From positions 5,216,001-5,280,000 of the forward strand of contig OZ244561.1 in assembly GCA_965217585.1 (NCBI GenBank): a stretch of 64,000 bases of DNA, read 5' to 3'. Positions 1 to 10,371 of this stretch are shown in pieces; the stretch's first letter is position 1; each line of letters begins with the position of its first letter. A program made the position numbers and the translations under genes. Source of the stretch: Candidatus Latescibacterota bacterium (lineage in GTDB: Bacteria > Latescibacterota > UBA2968 > UBA8231). The notes under the pieces are model-generated. The model saw only the letters and a list, made by a program, of their open reading frames with translations. It had not been told where the DNA came from and ran no database searches.

Positions 1-1130
1 GCGGCCGACTGCGGGCCGCTGTACGGCGGCAGCGACGCCCCAACGCCATAGGGATCATCCGCGGGCGTTTTGGTGCGTATCGCGTCGATTGCAGCGATGG
101 CCGCGTCGATGTTGCCCAATATGGCGTGGGCCTCGGCGCGCGTCAGGACCATTTCCCCGGGGAGATAGGCCGGAATAGACGACGTGGCCGAGTGCCAAAA
201 GCCGGCCAAATTCTCAATGGGAAAGCCGTTGGGGTTGCTCGTTCTCTCGCTCGGCACGGTGTAAAAGGCGAGCCGCGTATCGCCGCTTTCTGTACTGCTC
301 AGGCCAAAGTGGTCGCGCGGAGCGTAGTCGTCCGAAACGACAACCTGCGCGTACAGGGGATTCTCGTTTTCCGCGTCGTATGTATAGACCGATGTCGCCG
401 CTGGATCGACGGCATCGGCGTCCTCCAGCGCGGCTTGATAATTGCCGGTAAACAAGTGGTAGCGCGCTCGATAGGCCCGTGTGGTGTTGAGCAGATCAAA
501 ACCCTCGCCCAATATGTCCGCATTGAATTCGTCGGACGGAGGCGTGGAAGTGGCGGTTTCGAGGGCGCGGTCCAACGAGCGAATTGCTGCGGCGAAAAGC
601 TCCGCACGCGGCCTAAATGGTGCCTGCCCATCGGCCTGCACGTCTAGGGGCGCGTGGGCAAAAGCCTGCGCGACAAACCCCAAGCACTGCGCTTTGTATA
701 GGTGCGCCAATGCCACAATGCCGCTGCGCGTTCCCGTGGCAAGCGGCACCTTGGGCGCGTTGGCGATCAGGTCGTTGGCCATGCCTATGATGCGGTAGGA
801 GTTAGACCAAATACTACTCACGCCGCTGTTGGTTCCCGTTAGGGAGCCGAGGCCGTCTTCTAGTTCGATGAGATTGGAAAACGTCGTATTGGCCGCTAGC
901 TCGCGGCTGGTGATGGCCGGATGGCGCACGTAGGCATCGACGTTGTTGCTCGCGTAGCCGCGCTGCATACCAATAGCCAGTGCTTTGATGCCGTCGCTGG
1001 TGTTCAACACCTGCTCTTCGAACGCTTGGTTGGGATTTGCTACGTTCAAATCGCAACCCCAAAGCAGCCCACCTACAATAAGTAGCCCGCAAAAAGTCGC
1101 TTGCATCGTCTTGCTTCTCGTCGGTTGCAT
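1..1130 (-). CDS. RagB/SusD-family outer-membrane lipoprotein (3' end runs off window)
   Basis: Not in the ORF track; N-terminal part translated by hand from ATG at 1130: MQPTRSKTMQATFCGLLIVGGLLWGCDLNVANPNQAFEEQVLNT... Lipobox LWGC; directly downstream of susC-like gene. Confidence 0.85.
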   Translation of the reverse strand, partial: MQPTRSKTMQATFCGLLIVGGLLWGCDLNVANPNQAFEEQVLNTSDGIKALAIGMQRGYASNNVDAYVRHPAITSRELAANTTFSNLIELEDGLGSLTGTNSGVSSIWSNSYRIIGMANDLIANAPKVPLATGTRSGIVALAHLYKAQCLGFVAQAFAHAPLDVQADGQAPFRPRAELFAAAIRSLDRALETATSTPPSDEFNADILGEGFDLLNTTRAYRARYHLFTGNYQAALEDADAVDPAATSVYTYDAENENPLYAQVVVSDDYAPRDHFGLSSTESGDTRLAFYTVPSERTSNPNGFPIENLAGFWHSATSSIPAYLPGEMVLTRAEAHAILGNIDAAIAAIDAIRTKTPADDPYGVGASLPPYSGPQSA

Positions 1131-1147
1131 AGTTGTCTGAATCCTGC

Positions 1148-4063
1148 TCAGTAATGCAGGCTGACGCGCATTGAGAAACTGCGCGGAATGGGCACTTCGA
1201 CAAAGTCAAAGCCGCGCACGGCGGTGCGTTGGCCCGCGACATTGGTCTCTGGGTCGTAGCCGCTGTAGTTGTCGAGGGAAAACAAATTGCGCCCCACCAA
1301 GCTCAACTGAACGCTGCTGGTGCCCAAAAACGAGGGCTGCCAGCGATACGACGCAGATAACTCGCGCAACTTTACAAAGGAGCCGTCTTCGATCCAGTGT
1401 TCAAAAATGCGGAAGACTCGCGCATTGTAGCCGGCCGGCAGTTCGCCGTTTAATTCGCGTTCGTAGTCTGTCAACACGCCAAACGAACTGAGGGCGGCCA
1501 AGCGCCGCGTAAAGTTAAACACATCGCCCCCTACGACCGCGTCCAATTGGGCGCGCACCGACCAGTGCCGCCCCACGGCGAACTGGTTGATCCAGGAAGC
1601 GGTAAAATCCGGGTTGGGGTCGCCGATGATTTTGCGCTCAGCCGCTCGCATGGGGAGGCCGTCTGCGTCGAGGGCGATGTGGCCATTGGCATCGCGTGCG
1701 AAGGCCGTGCTAAAGAACACGCCGAGGGGGTTGCCGTTGATGGCCGAGACTTGCGAAAACGAATTGGGCAGGATCAAGCGCCCGCCTTCGATACCATCGA
1801 CGCGGTTTTTGTTGGTCGCATACGTCAGGGTCGATTCCCAGCGGAGCTGGGAATGCACCAGCGGAATGGTGCGCACGAGCAACTCCCACCCCTTGTTGTC
1901 CATGGTGCCGACATTTTGCAAAATCCGCGCATGGCCGGTGGATGGGGACAACGTGCGCATCAACAATAAGTCGTCGATATGTTGATCGTAATACGTGAGC
2001 TCCACGCCGAGGCGATTGGACCAAAAACCAACATCCGCGCCGACTTCGATTTCTCGCTGTCGCTCGGGTTTGATCGCCCCGCCGAGTTGGATGCTGGGGA
2101 CTAGGCCGGGGCGGCCGTTGTATGCGGAGGCATTGTAATTGGTAAAGCGGTCAAACGGGCCAATGGCGGTTTGACCACCGGACGTGCCGATGGAAGCACG
2201 CAGCTTGAAGTCTGCAAACACGTCGTCTAGGGCGCTGTTTTGCCAGAAGCCCGCCTTTGAAATGAGATAGGCCGCGCCGGCCTTTGGATAAAATTGCCAG
2301 CGCTGGTCCTTGCCATAGACCGAAGAGGCATCGACGCGGGCCGCGCCGGTGAGAAACAGTTGATCGAAAAGCGCCACAGTTTGCTGCACAAAGCCGCCGT
2401 ACAGGGCCTTCTCGCTCCTAAATTCGCTGGCCACGACGGTCGCCCCGCTCGACACGGTTTGGGCGACTGGACTCAGGTCCTTGGCCTCCGCGCTAAAGGT
2501 TTCCCCCTTTTCGTATTGCAGGGTTCCGCCGACGAGCAGGGTCGATTGCACGTGGGGCGCTACGTCCTGCTGGTAGCGTACATGGATGTCGTTGTTGAGT
2601 TGGAGAAAGTCGAATGCGGCGCGGCGCGCAAAGCCGTTGGTCAAGCCCGGCGCGGAGGTCCCGGCCGGGATAAATGCAAGGGCCGTTTGATCGTAGGTGT
2701 CAAGCCCCAACGTATAGTCGATGCTCAAGCGAGATAGCGGGGCGAGCTCGAGTCGGGCATAGCCTATATAGCGAGAGACTTCTTGCGTAAAATCGTAGCG
2801 GTCAATGACCTCTAATGGGTTGGCGAGAACGCCTTTATTGGGATACGCGCCGGTTGTGGGATCGGGCGTGGGGTCGTAGGTATTGGGGCCAAAAATAAAA
2901 CCCGTCAGTGCCCCGTAGTTTGAGTTTAATCCGCCGTTGGGAATGTCGTTGCTCTTGCTAAATGCGAAATGGCCGCCCACAGACAACGTGGCCCAAGGCG
3001 ACAATTCCTGATCGATGCGCGTGCGCCCCCCCATGCGCCGAAACGAACTATTGGCAACCACGCCCTGATCTGCCAAGTAGGATCCCGAGGCAAAGTAGCG
3101 GGTGCTGCCGGCCCCGCCCAATACCGAGACGTAGTGCTCGGTGCCGGCGGCGCGGCGAAAAATGAAATCTTGGTGATCGAAGCGCTGCACGTCCGAGCCG
3201 TCGGGATTTTTGTCGCCGTTGTTGTCAACAGGTGCCTTGTTGACCGCAAGCGTTTTGCGCACTTGGGCGGTTGAAAAACGGGAAGTGTAGGTGATCTGCG
3301 GCTTGCCCAACGCGCCGCGCTTGGTAAAGATCTGCACGACGCCGTTGTTGGCACGCGAGCCGTACAGGGCGGCGGCCGCCGCGCCTTTGACGACCTCAAC
3401 GCGCTCTATGTCGTTGGGGTTGAGATCGACGAGGCGGTTTTGCGCCCCGCCGCCGAGGCGGATGAGTTCGGGCGAACTGTTGTTGACAACGACGCCATCC
3501 ACCATATAGAGCGGATCGGCGTCGCCCAACACCGTACCAGTGCCGCGCAAGCGGACGGTCGCGCCGCCGGCCGGATTGCCCGAATTTTGCTGAACGAGCA
3601 CACCGGCCAATTTGCCGGTCAGCGCTTTGTCGAGGGCCGAGGTGCCGGCCGTTGCCAACTGCCGTGCGCTGAGGGTGGAAATGGCATTGCCCAGTTGCTT
3701 TTTACTCGCGGCAGCGGAAAGGCCGGTGACGACAATTTCATCCAATTGCAAGGCATCCACGGCAAGCTGAAAAACAACGGTTGTCAGGCCGTCGTTTTGG
3801 CGAATGGCGTGTCGGGCGGATTGGTAGCCCACAAACCGCGCTTCGAGCAGGGTTTCCGTCGCCGGCAGCGGCAGGACGAGTGCGAACTTGCCGTCAGTAT
3901 CGGCGGTGGTGCCGATGGTTGTCCCAACGACGCCAATGCTAGCGCCGGGCAGGGGCTCGCCGCGTTCATCGGTGACCGCCCCTGCAATGGTGAGTTGGGC
4001 AAAAGCCGCCGCGGGAATGCCGAACCAAAAAAGAAATGCGAATAGGCAATATAGGCTTGCCAT
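1148..4063 (-). CDS. SusC/RagA-family TonB-dependent outer-membrane receptor
   Basis: Signal peptide, CarboxypepD_reg-like N-domain (GEPLPGASI..GT..GT.D.DG.F), plug motif DLNPNDIERVEVVKGAAAAALYGSRANNGVVQIFTKRG, C-terminal Y(S)GYDPE...PIPRSF. Confidence 0.93.
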   Translation of the reverse strand: MASLYCLFAFLFWFGIPAAAFAQLTIAGAVTDERGEPLPGASIGVVGTTIGTTADTDGKFALVLPLPATETLLEARFVGYQSARHAIRQNDGLTTVVFQLAVDALQLDEIVVTGLSAAASKKQLGNAISTLSARQLATAGTSALDKALTGKLAGVLVQQNSGNPAGGATVRLRGTGTVLGDADPLYMVDGVVVNNSSPELIRLGGGAQNRLVDLNPNDIERVEVVKGAAAAALYGSRANNGVVQIFTKRGALGKPQITYTSRFSTAQVRKTLAVNKAPVDNNGDKNPDGSDVQRFDHQDFIFRRAAGTEHYVSVLGGAGSTRYFASGSYLADQGVVANSSFRRMGGRTRIDQELSPWATLSVGGHFAFSKSNDIPNGGLNSNYGALTGFIFGPNTYDPTPDPTTGAYPNKGVLANPLEVIDRYDFTQEVSRYIGYARLELAPLSRLSIDYTLGLDTYDQTALAFIPAGTSAPGLTNGFARRAAFDFLQLNNDIHVRYQQDVAPHVQSTLLVGGTLQYEKGETFSAEAKDLSPVAQTVSSGATVVASEFRSEKALYGGFVQQTVALFDQLFLTGAARVDASSVYGKDQRWQFYPKAGAAYLISKAGFWQNSALDDVFADFKLRASIGTSGGQTAIGPFDRFTNYNASAYNGRPGLVPSIQLGGAIKPERQREIEVGADVGFWSNRLGVELTYYDQHIDDLLLMRTLSPSTGHARILQNVGTMDNKGWELLVRTIPLVHSQLRWESTLTYATNKNRVDGIEGGRLILPNSFSQVSAINGNPLGVFFSTAFARDANGHIALDADGLPMRAAERKIIGDPNPDFTASWINQFAVGRHWSVRAQLDAVVGGDVFNFTRRLAALSSFGVLTDYERELNGELPAGYNARVFRIFEHWIEDGSFVKLRELSASYRWQPSFLGTSSVQLSLVGRNLFSLDNYSGYDPETNVAGQRTAVRGFDFVEVPIPRSFSMRVSLHY

Positions 4064-4075
4064 GGGTAGAAAACC

Positions 4076-5995
4076 CTACTTCTTGTCGTCATCAACGACC
4101 TTGAAGTCCGCATCCACTGGCTCCGTATCCCCGCTCCCTTGAGGCTGACCGGCGGCACCTTCTGGCGCTGGCTCGCCCTGGGCCTGTTCGGCTTGGGTGT
4201 CCTTGTACATTTCCTCCGCCAGCTTGTGCGACGCCTGTTGCAGCGCGGTCATGGCCTGATTGATGGCCTCGTCGTCCGTGCCTTCGAGTGCTTCCTTTAG
4301 CGCGGTGACTGCGTCCTCAACGCCTTTCTTGTCGGCGTCGGCCAGCTTGTCGCCGTACTCGGCCAGCGATTTTTCCGTCGCGTAAATGAGCTGGTCGGCC
4401 TCGTTGCGGCGATCGACGGCTTCGCGGCGCTGTTTGTCCTCATCGGCGTGGGCCTCGGCGTCCTTCTGCATGGTGTCGATCTCATCTTGGCTCAAGCCCG
4501 AGGACGACTCGATGTGAATGGATTGCTCCTTGCTGGTGCCCTTATCCTTGGCCCCGACGTTGAGGATGCCGTTGGCGTCAATGTCGAAGGTCACCTCGAT
4601 TTGAGGCATGCCGCGCGGGGCCGAGGGGATGCCGTCGAGGTGGAAGCGGCCGAGGGTGCGGTTGTCGTTGGCGAATTCCCGCTCGCCTTGCAGCACGTGG
4701 ACCTCCACCGAGGGCTGGTTGTCCGAGGCCGTGGAAAAGATCTGGCTCTTCTTGGTGGGGATGGTGGTGTTGCGGTCGATCAGCCGCGTCATTACTCCGC
4801 CCATGGTCTCGATCCCCAGCGACAGCGGCGTCACGTCGAGGAGCAGGACGTCGTCGACGTCGCCAGCCAGGACGCCAGCTTGGATAGCCGCGCCCAAGGC
4901 CACCACCTCGTCGGGGTTGACGCTGCGGTTTGGCTCTTGGTTGAAGAGGGCTTGGATGGTCTCTTGGATTTTGGGGATGCGCGTCGAGCCACCGACCAAA
5001 ATCACTTGGTCTATTTCGCTGGCTTGCAATTCGGCGTCGGCGAGGGCTTGCTGGCAGGGGCCCTTGGTGCGCTCGATCAGGTCGTCAACCAAGCGCTCAA
5101 ACTGGGCGCGGGACAGGCTGGTTTGCAAGTGCTTCGGCCCCGTTTGATCGGCGGTGATAAACGGCAGATTGATTTCGGTCGCAGTGGAGGAAGACAGCTC
5201 GATCTTGGCTTTTTCGGCCGCTTCCTTGAGCCGTTGCAGGGCCATAGGGTCGCGGCGCAGGTCGATGCCCTCGTTCTTTGCAAATTCCTCGGCGAGCCAA
5301 TCGATGATTTTCTGGTCGAAGTCGTCGCCGCCAAGGTGGGTGTCGCCGTTGGTGGATTTGACCTCAAAGACGCCGTCGCCCAGTTCGAGGATGGAAATGT
5401 CGAAGGTGCCGCCGCCGAGGTCGTACACGGCGATCTGCTCGTTGGTGCCGCCCTTATCTAAGCCGTAGGCCAGCGCCGCGGCGGTCGGCTCGTTGACGAT
5501 GCGCAAAACCTCCAGGCCGGCGATGGTGCCCGCGTCCTTGGTGGCTTGGCGTTGGGCGTCGTTGAAATACGCCGGGACGGTGACAACGGCTTGTTGCACT
5601 TCCTCGCCCAGATAGTCTTCGGCCGTCTGCTTCATCTTTTGCAAGATCATGGCCGAGATTTCCGGCGGCGTGTGTTCCTTGCCGTCGATTTTGGCCACGG
5701 CCATGTCGCGGCCACTTGGGGCCACTTCGTAGGGAACTTCGCTTATTTCGTTGGCGACTTCGCCGTAGCGGCGGCCCATGAAGCGCTTGATCGAATAGAC
5801 CGTGTTTTGCGGGTTGGTGACGGCTTGGCGCTTGGCGGTCTGGCCGACGAGGCGCTCGCCGTCTTTGGTGAAACCGACCATGGAGGGCGTGGTGCGGCCC
5901 CCTTCGGAGTTGGGGATGACCTCCGAGTCTTGGCCTTCGATGACGGCCACGCACGAGTTGGTGGTGCCTAAGTCGATGCCGATGACTTTAGCCAT
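4076..5995 (-). CDS. dnaK: Chaperone DnaK (Hsp70)
   Basis: [37 protein letters not shown] motifs; SD AAGGAG upstream of ATG at 5995. Confidence 0.99.
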   Translation of the reverse strand: MAKVIGIDLGTTNSCVAVIEGQDSEVIPNSEGGRTTPSMVGFTKDGERLVGQTAKRQAVTNPQNTVYSIKRFMGRRYGEVANEISEVPYEVAPSGRDMAVAKIDGKEHTPPEISAMILQKMKQTAEDYLGEEVQQAVVTVPAYFNDAQRQATKDAGTIAGLEVLRIVNEPTAAALAYGLDKGGTNEQIAVYDLGGGTFDISILELGDGVFEVKSTNGDTHLGGDDFDQKIIDWLAEEFAKNEGIDLRRDPMALQRLKEAAEKAKIELSSSTATEINLPFITADQTGPKHLQTSLSRAQFERLVDDLIERTKGPCQQALADAELQASEIDQVILVGGSTRIPKIQETIQALFNQEPNRSVNPDEVVALGAAIQAGVLAGDVDDVLLLDVTPLSLGIETMGGVMTRLIDRNTTIPTKKSQIFSTASDNQPSVEVHVLQGEREFANDNRTLGRFHLDGIPSAPRGMPQIEVTFDIDANGILNVGAKDKGTSKEQSIHIESSSGLSQDEIDTMQKDAEAHADEDKQRREAVDRRNEADQLIYATEKSLAEYGDKLADADKKGVEDAVTALKEALEGTDDEAINQAMTALQQASHKLAEEMYKDTQAEQAQGEPAPEGAAGQPQGSGDTEPVDADFKVVDDDKK

Positions 5996-6030
5996 TGTTT
6001 TTTTCTCCTTTTTTGAGGTTAGGGTCATTA

Positions 6031-6291
6031 CTACGTGATCGCGCTCGATTTAGTGGTGAAAATGTTTAGCGGTTCGATTTCCACACGGACCACATCAAAG
6101 CCTGCTTTTCTGACATGCGCCAGCGCAGAAGTGATGGCGTCCTCCAACGACGGGGCTTCTCGGTGAAAGTGAACCTGCGGGACACCAGCCATAGTGACAA
6201 GCGTACCGTCATTGAAGATGCCGTAGAGTCGATCCGATTCTTCTTCGTTGGGATCGGCTGTTAAAATAAGTGTGAATTCATGCACTCTCAT
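6031..6291 (-). CDS. HicB-like antitoxin N-terminal domain (no C-terminal HTH)
   Basis: HEFTLIL...[18 protein letters not shown] pattern; SD AAGGA; immediately downstream of HicA-like gene. Confidence 0.55.
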   Translation of the reverse strand: MRVHEFTLILTADPNEEESDRLYGIFNDGTLVTMAGVPQVHFHREAPSLEDAITSALAHVRKAGFDVVRVEIEPLNIFTTKSSAIT

Positions 6292-6303
6292 GGTAAGTTC
6301 CTT

Positions 6304-6543
6304 TTATCTATTCCCTTCATAATGAGGGCAATGGTCAATGTAGCGGCAAATGTCCCGTGCATGTCGTTCAGGGTTCAGCGGCGTTGACATGACTCGAATG
6401 CGACAGCCTTCGCGGGTGCGTTTCGGACACCATAATGTACCCCATATATGAGCTCGAGGCCCAGCTTTCGTGACGCTCCATTCTTTGCTTTCAGCGTAAC
6501 GAATCGCATCGCGGATATGTTTGTTTGAGTGGCTAGCTCGCAT
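6304..6543 (-). CDS. HicA-like small basic protein (putative toxin)
   Basis: 79 aa, H.NK.I..AI.YAE..W...AH.WG.L.C...C...V.STP.NPE.HA pattern resembles atypical HicA dsRBD-fold proteins. Confidence 0.55.
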   Translation of the reverse strand: MRASHSNKHIRDAIRYAESKEWSVTKAGPRAHIWGTLWCPKRTREGCRIRVMSTPLNPERHARDICRYIDHCPHYEGNR

Positions 6544-6559
6544 TGAGTTGTTCTATTGA

Positions 6560-6590
6560 GCCTTAACGCAAGGATGGTCTGCGTTAAGGC
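6560..6590. promoter_or_regulatory. Perfect 11-bp inverted repeat upstream of hicA-like gene (operator or stem-loop)
   Basis: gccttaacgca-N9-tgcgttaaggc. Confidence 0.5.
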
Positions 6591-6600
6591 AGTCCAGTCT

Positions 6601-6778
6601 CCTCAGAAGCGTTTTAAAATCCTCTCAAAAGCGTTCTTAAAATCCCCGTCGGGCTGCTTTTACGGGGCTGTCGAGTGGCCTTGGCGTCAAGCGTTTTTAG
6701 AGCGCGCGACGCCCTTGGTTCCAGATGCTTGGAACCAAGCGAGAGACCGAAATCCTAGTTTTAAGAACGCTTCTGAGG
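6601..6778. mobile_element. MITE/REP-like non-autonomous element with ~20-bp terminal inverted repeats
   Basis: Left ends cctcagaagcgttttaaaa (6601-6619) and tctcaaaagcgttcttaaaa (6623-6642); right end ttttaagaacgcttctgagg (6759-6778); internal hairpin cttggttcc...ggaaccaag. Confidence 0.6.
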
Positions 6779-9700
6779 TAGAATACGTCGGGCCAGCCCT
6801 TCCTTAAAATTGGTGGTACCCGGAGAGAGCTGGACGAGATCAAGAGTACCATCCTCACGTCCAATTTTTACGAACCGTGCAACCGGCCCCTCTTGCCTTG
6901 GTGATAGGCACTTCAAGTGCCCGAATACGATGACGGCATCCCGCGCCCTCGACAGAGCGACATTGAGACGATGTTCATCGAGCAAGAACTGAACGCGGCC
7001 GCTATTCCTCGTCATCAGAAGGATCACAATATCCGCTTCACCACCTTGAACCGCATCTACTGTGGTAGTACTTACTTTGAATTCGAAATTCAAGTTCTTG
7101 ATCTCGTTGGCAACGGCAATCTGTTGAGCTTTATATGGGCAAATCACCAAAACGCTGGACGTTACACCTTTAGTATGCTGCTGAAGGTGCTCAAGCACAG
7201 CGCGAAGTGCCTTCCTCTCAGTGGGATTTTCTATCGACTTCGAGGATTGACTCTTGGAGTGGCGATAGGTCGAAACTTTTGTGAAATCGACGAATACCAA
7301 TCGCTTGCTTGTTAGCGTCCAGCCACCGTCTTTTCTATGGGATTTGAGGTTCCCATCGTAAAACAAATTGCTGATGATGTCACCGATATCTTTGTGCATA
7401 CGGTACTGTGTTGTCAGCATGCCCTTGCTGGAATCTGGTAGCTGGTCGAATATCTCGTGAAACATGTTGCGCCGAAGGAGTTCCTCGACCTCTTTCAAAG
7501 GTAACCTGTAGCCAATATCTTCATCTAAGACGTCGTTTGTCACTGTTGGGGGCAACTGGTTGTGATCGCCAACGAGGATGATCTTTCGGGCAACGGAGGC
7601 AGGAATAAGTAGCTCTGCACCAAAGGCCTTTCCCGCTTCGTCAATAATCGCGATGTCGAACGTGCGATTCCATAACCCAAAGTCGCGTCTAGCCATTCCG
7701 ACACACGTCGCAGTATGGATCCGCCGGGATCCCAAGAGCCACTTCGTCGCTGATTCTCGGCCCTCGCGCGTGCCTAGCAACTCATTCCACCGTTTCCAAG
7801 ATTCGTTCCCACGCTCTTCTTCGTCTGGCTCCTTTCTTGATCCCTCTAACAAACCCTCTAACAAGCGCGAATGCCACACCGGCTCAAGCGCAGTTCCCTT
7901 GATCCGCTCCTTACTGCCGTAACGCACAACTTCCTCAGAGAGCCTGCTCGCCTTCATCAGGAGGTCGTTGACGAGCTTGGTGATCGCTACGTGAGTTGGG
8001 GCTGCAATAAGAACGCTAGGCCATGTCTGTTCTTGCCCTTGCTTGAAAAGCGAAAGAAGCCACTTCACGAGAAGCGTAGTCTTCCCAGTACCAGGTGGGC
8101 CCCAGACTGCCACAACAGCTTCGTCAGAGTTCAACAACCTCTCGACAGGTGCCCTGCCGAGTTGACGATTTTTAATGGCATCACCTGATAGACCGAGAAG
8201 AGTCGAATGAATCCTTGGAGAAGCAAACTTTCCAAGAATGGCATGCTCAAGTGCCCTAGATAGGGTTTGCTGCTGCGACCCCTCGGCCTGTTCAATGCGG
8301 GAAAGTCCGAACGGATTGATATCTCGAGGGGTCGCCTCGGACGGGACATCGAGTTCGAGACGACAAATGCCAAGCCGTCGATCTTCCCAGGTGGCACGTT
8401 TCACCTCCCAACTGAGATCATGCCCAACTACCCGAAGTCTGGTGTACCCATCAGCGGAAACGGCTTCGTCAACCCAGTCGGGAGGTTCGTTGTCTAAAAT
8501 CGTGCCAACAACGATACGCCCGCCACGTTTGATCTCGCCGGGAAGAAAACCGCAGGAACCCGTTATTTGCTGGTACTCTTGTTGGTCTTGATAGATCAGT
8601 GACAGTTTCCTCAGGTGGAGCGCCGTTCTGCGTTGCAGCAGCATCTGCTTCTGACTGCTGAGTTCCGCATGTATGGCTTCGACGAACAAATTGAAGAGCG
8701 AGCGATCTGCTGCTTCGTCATCTGGCGTCCCTGGTACAAAAGCGGTGATACTAGCGTGAATACGAATGGAGATCTGCGGATCGGTTTCATCGAAGAGCAC
8801 ATCTTCGAGGACAAATGCCTTATGTCCCGAATCGACCGTCGTTACAAGTGTGGCTTGACCCATCGTGAAGGCAATTCTGCCTGATTCCATAAGATGTATT
8901 CGCCAAGGGGCACCAGTCTCATTGGAGATACGTTCGTGTGCCTGCACGAGACGTGACAACATCGCTTCGTTAACCGACAGCAGGATGGGTGCCCAATACT
9001 TGCGGCTGCCTCCAACACGAGGATGAGCACGCACATGGAGAGGCTGATCGCTGTGTCGGTGCGTGATCTCTCGTAGCGTCCATATTTCGGGATAGACATC
9101 TGCGTTGGTCTCGGGCGTTAACCAACTATAATCTTGTGAACTTTTACAAGGCAGAATAAGTGAAGCGTCAAGATACTCAAGTAGAATGCCCTCTTCATCC
9201 CGCCGGATGACCTTTGCGGGTAGTGCCCCGCCACCATCGATCAGGTTGGCCTCGAGCAAAGCGGCACCTGTAGTCGTTACATTTGCAACTCGCTTCTCGT
9301 GGTCGACATTGAAAAGCATTGCGCGTCCATTGAGGTCGCTGAACCAATCTTCCACTTTGAGGCGGTAACCATAGAGTTGCTTGGGGATTTCTCCTTCAAA
9401 ATGGATTAGCCCGGCCTCTCTTGGGAAATCATTGGGTAGCTGAAGGGTTGCTGGACTCGGGATCTCGCTATGGGCACCATTTGCTGCAGTAGAGAGTTCT
9501 ATCTCTAGCTGCATCAAATAGGCCCTTTCCGCATTGATTCGGCTCAGGGCAAGGTCAAGTTCCAAAACGATCTGGCAAAAAGAATCAGACTCGCGGAGGC
9601 TTCCGAAAGGCTTCTTCAGAATCTCACGAGCTTTTTTGTGGCCAGCATCTAATTCGGTAGCAACGGCATTCCTCGTAGTGAGTTCTTGGTCAACGAGAGA

Positions 9701-9886
9701 ATTCAAATTCCTCAGGTAGTCATTGATCAGAGGACTCCTTGCTTTTGCATCAGCGGCATGAATTTGGGCAAGCTGTGCCTCTAGCGCATCAATTTCTTCC
9801 TTAACCTCAGCGGTGCGACGATTATTCCACCAGCTAACGGCACTAGCCGTGAGGCTGATTCCAGCGATGGCGAGTAGGGGTATCAC
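6761..9886 (-). CDS. Superfamily-1 (Upf1/DNA2/NAM7-like) helicase with N-terminal hydrophobic anchor and coiled coil
   Basis: GPPGTGKTT, IAAPTHVA, IIDEAGK, LVGDHNQLPP, QYRMH, TVDAVQGGEAD, RLNVALSRAR; GTG start overlaps upstream stop (GTGA). Confidence 0.9.
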   Translation of the reverse strand: MIPLLAIAGISLTASAVSWWNNRRTAEVKEEIDALEAQLAQIHAADAKARSPLINDYLRNLNSLVDQELTTRNAVATELDAGHKKAREILKKPFGSLRESDSFCQIVLELDLALSRINAERAYLMQLEIELSTAANGAHSEIPSPATLQLPNDFPREAGLIHFEGEIPKQLYGYRLKVEDWFSDLNGRAMLFNVDHEKRVANVTTTGAALLEANLIDGGGALPAKVIRRDEEGILLEYLDASLILPCKSSQDYSWLTPETNADVYPEIWTLREITHRHSDQPLHVRAHPRVGGSRKYWAPILLSVNEAMLSRLVQAHERISNETGAPWRIHLMESGRIAFTMGQATLVTTVDSGHKAFVLEDVLFDETDPQISIRIHASITAFVPGTPDDEAADRSLFNLFVEAIHAELSSQKQMLLQRRTALHLRKLSLIYQDQQEYQQITGSCGFLPGEIKRGGRIVVGTILDNEPPDWVDEAVSADGYTRLRVVGHDLSWEVKRATWEDRRLGICRLELDVPSEATPRDINPFGLSRIEQAEGSQQQTLSRALEHAILGKFASPRIHSTLLGLSGDAIKNRQLGRAPVERLLNSDEAVVAVWGPPGTGKTTLLVKWLLSLFKQGQEQTWPSVLIAAPTHVAITKLVNDLLMKASRLSEEVVRYGSKERIKGTALEPVWHSRLLEGLLEGSRKEPDEEERGNESWKRWNELLGTREGRESATKWLLGSRRIHTATCVGMARRDFGLWNRTFDIAIIDEAGKAFGAELLIPASVARKIILVGDHNQLPPTVTNDVLDEDIGYRLPLKEVEELLRRNMFHEIFDQLPDSSKGMLTTQYRMHKDIGDIISNLFYDGNLKSHRKDGGWTLTSKRLVFVDFTKVSTYRHSKSQSSKSIENPTERKALRAVLEHLQQHTKGVTSSVLVICPYKAQQIAVANEIKNLNFEFKVSTTTVDAVQGGEADIVILLMTRNSGRVQFLLDEHRLNVALSRARDAVIVFGHLKCLSPRQEGPVARFVKIGREDGTLDLVQLSPGTTNFKEGLARRILPQKRS

Positions 9887-10368
9887 TTAGTTGCGTCGCT
9901 ATTATCTAGCCTCACGATTTGCACGATTTGGTCGGATAGTTGCAATAGGGATTGACGTGCCTCCTTTCTATCATCTTCACTGAGATCAGCATCCATGACC
10001 TGCTTATAGAACCCGTCAAATACCAACAACAGACTCATCAGTGCTTCACGGGATAGCTCAAGCTTCTTCATTAGAGGCTTGTTCTTTTCTTGGGCCATCT
10101 TTAGATCGACTTCCGCCTTCTTGACTGCGATCTCAGCTTCTTTGATACGTCCTTCCCACTCCTCACGTACGGACTGAAGTTCGTTGTAGGAGCGGAACGC
10201 ATCGGGAAAAGCTTTGATAGCCTCAATCAATACCATTATCTTAGCTCGTCTCGTCTCAGCGTCCTGCTCTATGTACACATTTGGTATCTTGCTGAGCTCC
10301 GTGACAGGTTTGACAAGCTCTTTGCTAAGCTCAGCGGCGGCGGGAAGTGTCAGCATTGCATGGGACAT
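9883..10368 (-). CDS. Hypothetical alpha-helical/coiled-coil protein
   Basis: 161 aa, SD GAGGAG, 3 nt after upstream stop, stop overlaps helicase start. Confidence 0.8.
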   Translation of the reverse strand: MSHAMLTLPAAAELSKELVKPVTELSKIPNVYIEQDAETRRAKIMVLIEAIKAFPDAFRSYNELQSVREEWEGRIKEAEIAVKKAEVDLKMAQEKNKPLMKKLELSREALMSLLLVFDGFYKQVMDADLSEDDRKEARQSLLQLSDQIVQIVRLDNSDATK

Positions 10369-10371
10369 CGT

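Noticed and set aside
4448-5461. 337-aa plus-strand ORF antisense to dnaK
   Set aside because: Well-known antisense shadow ORF of hsp70 genes caused by codon bias.
5996-6600. CIRCE element for dnaK
   Set aside because: No TTAGCACTC-N9-GAGTGCTAA found; the N9-spaced inverted repeat at 6560-6590 has a different sequence.
6556-6807. 83-aa plus-strand ORF
   Set aside because: Runs through the MITE-like element and opposes the helicase end.
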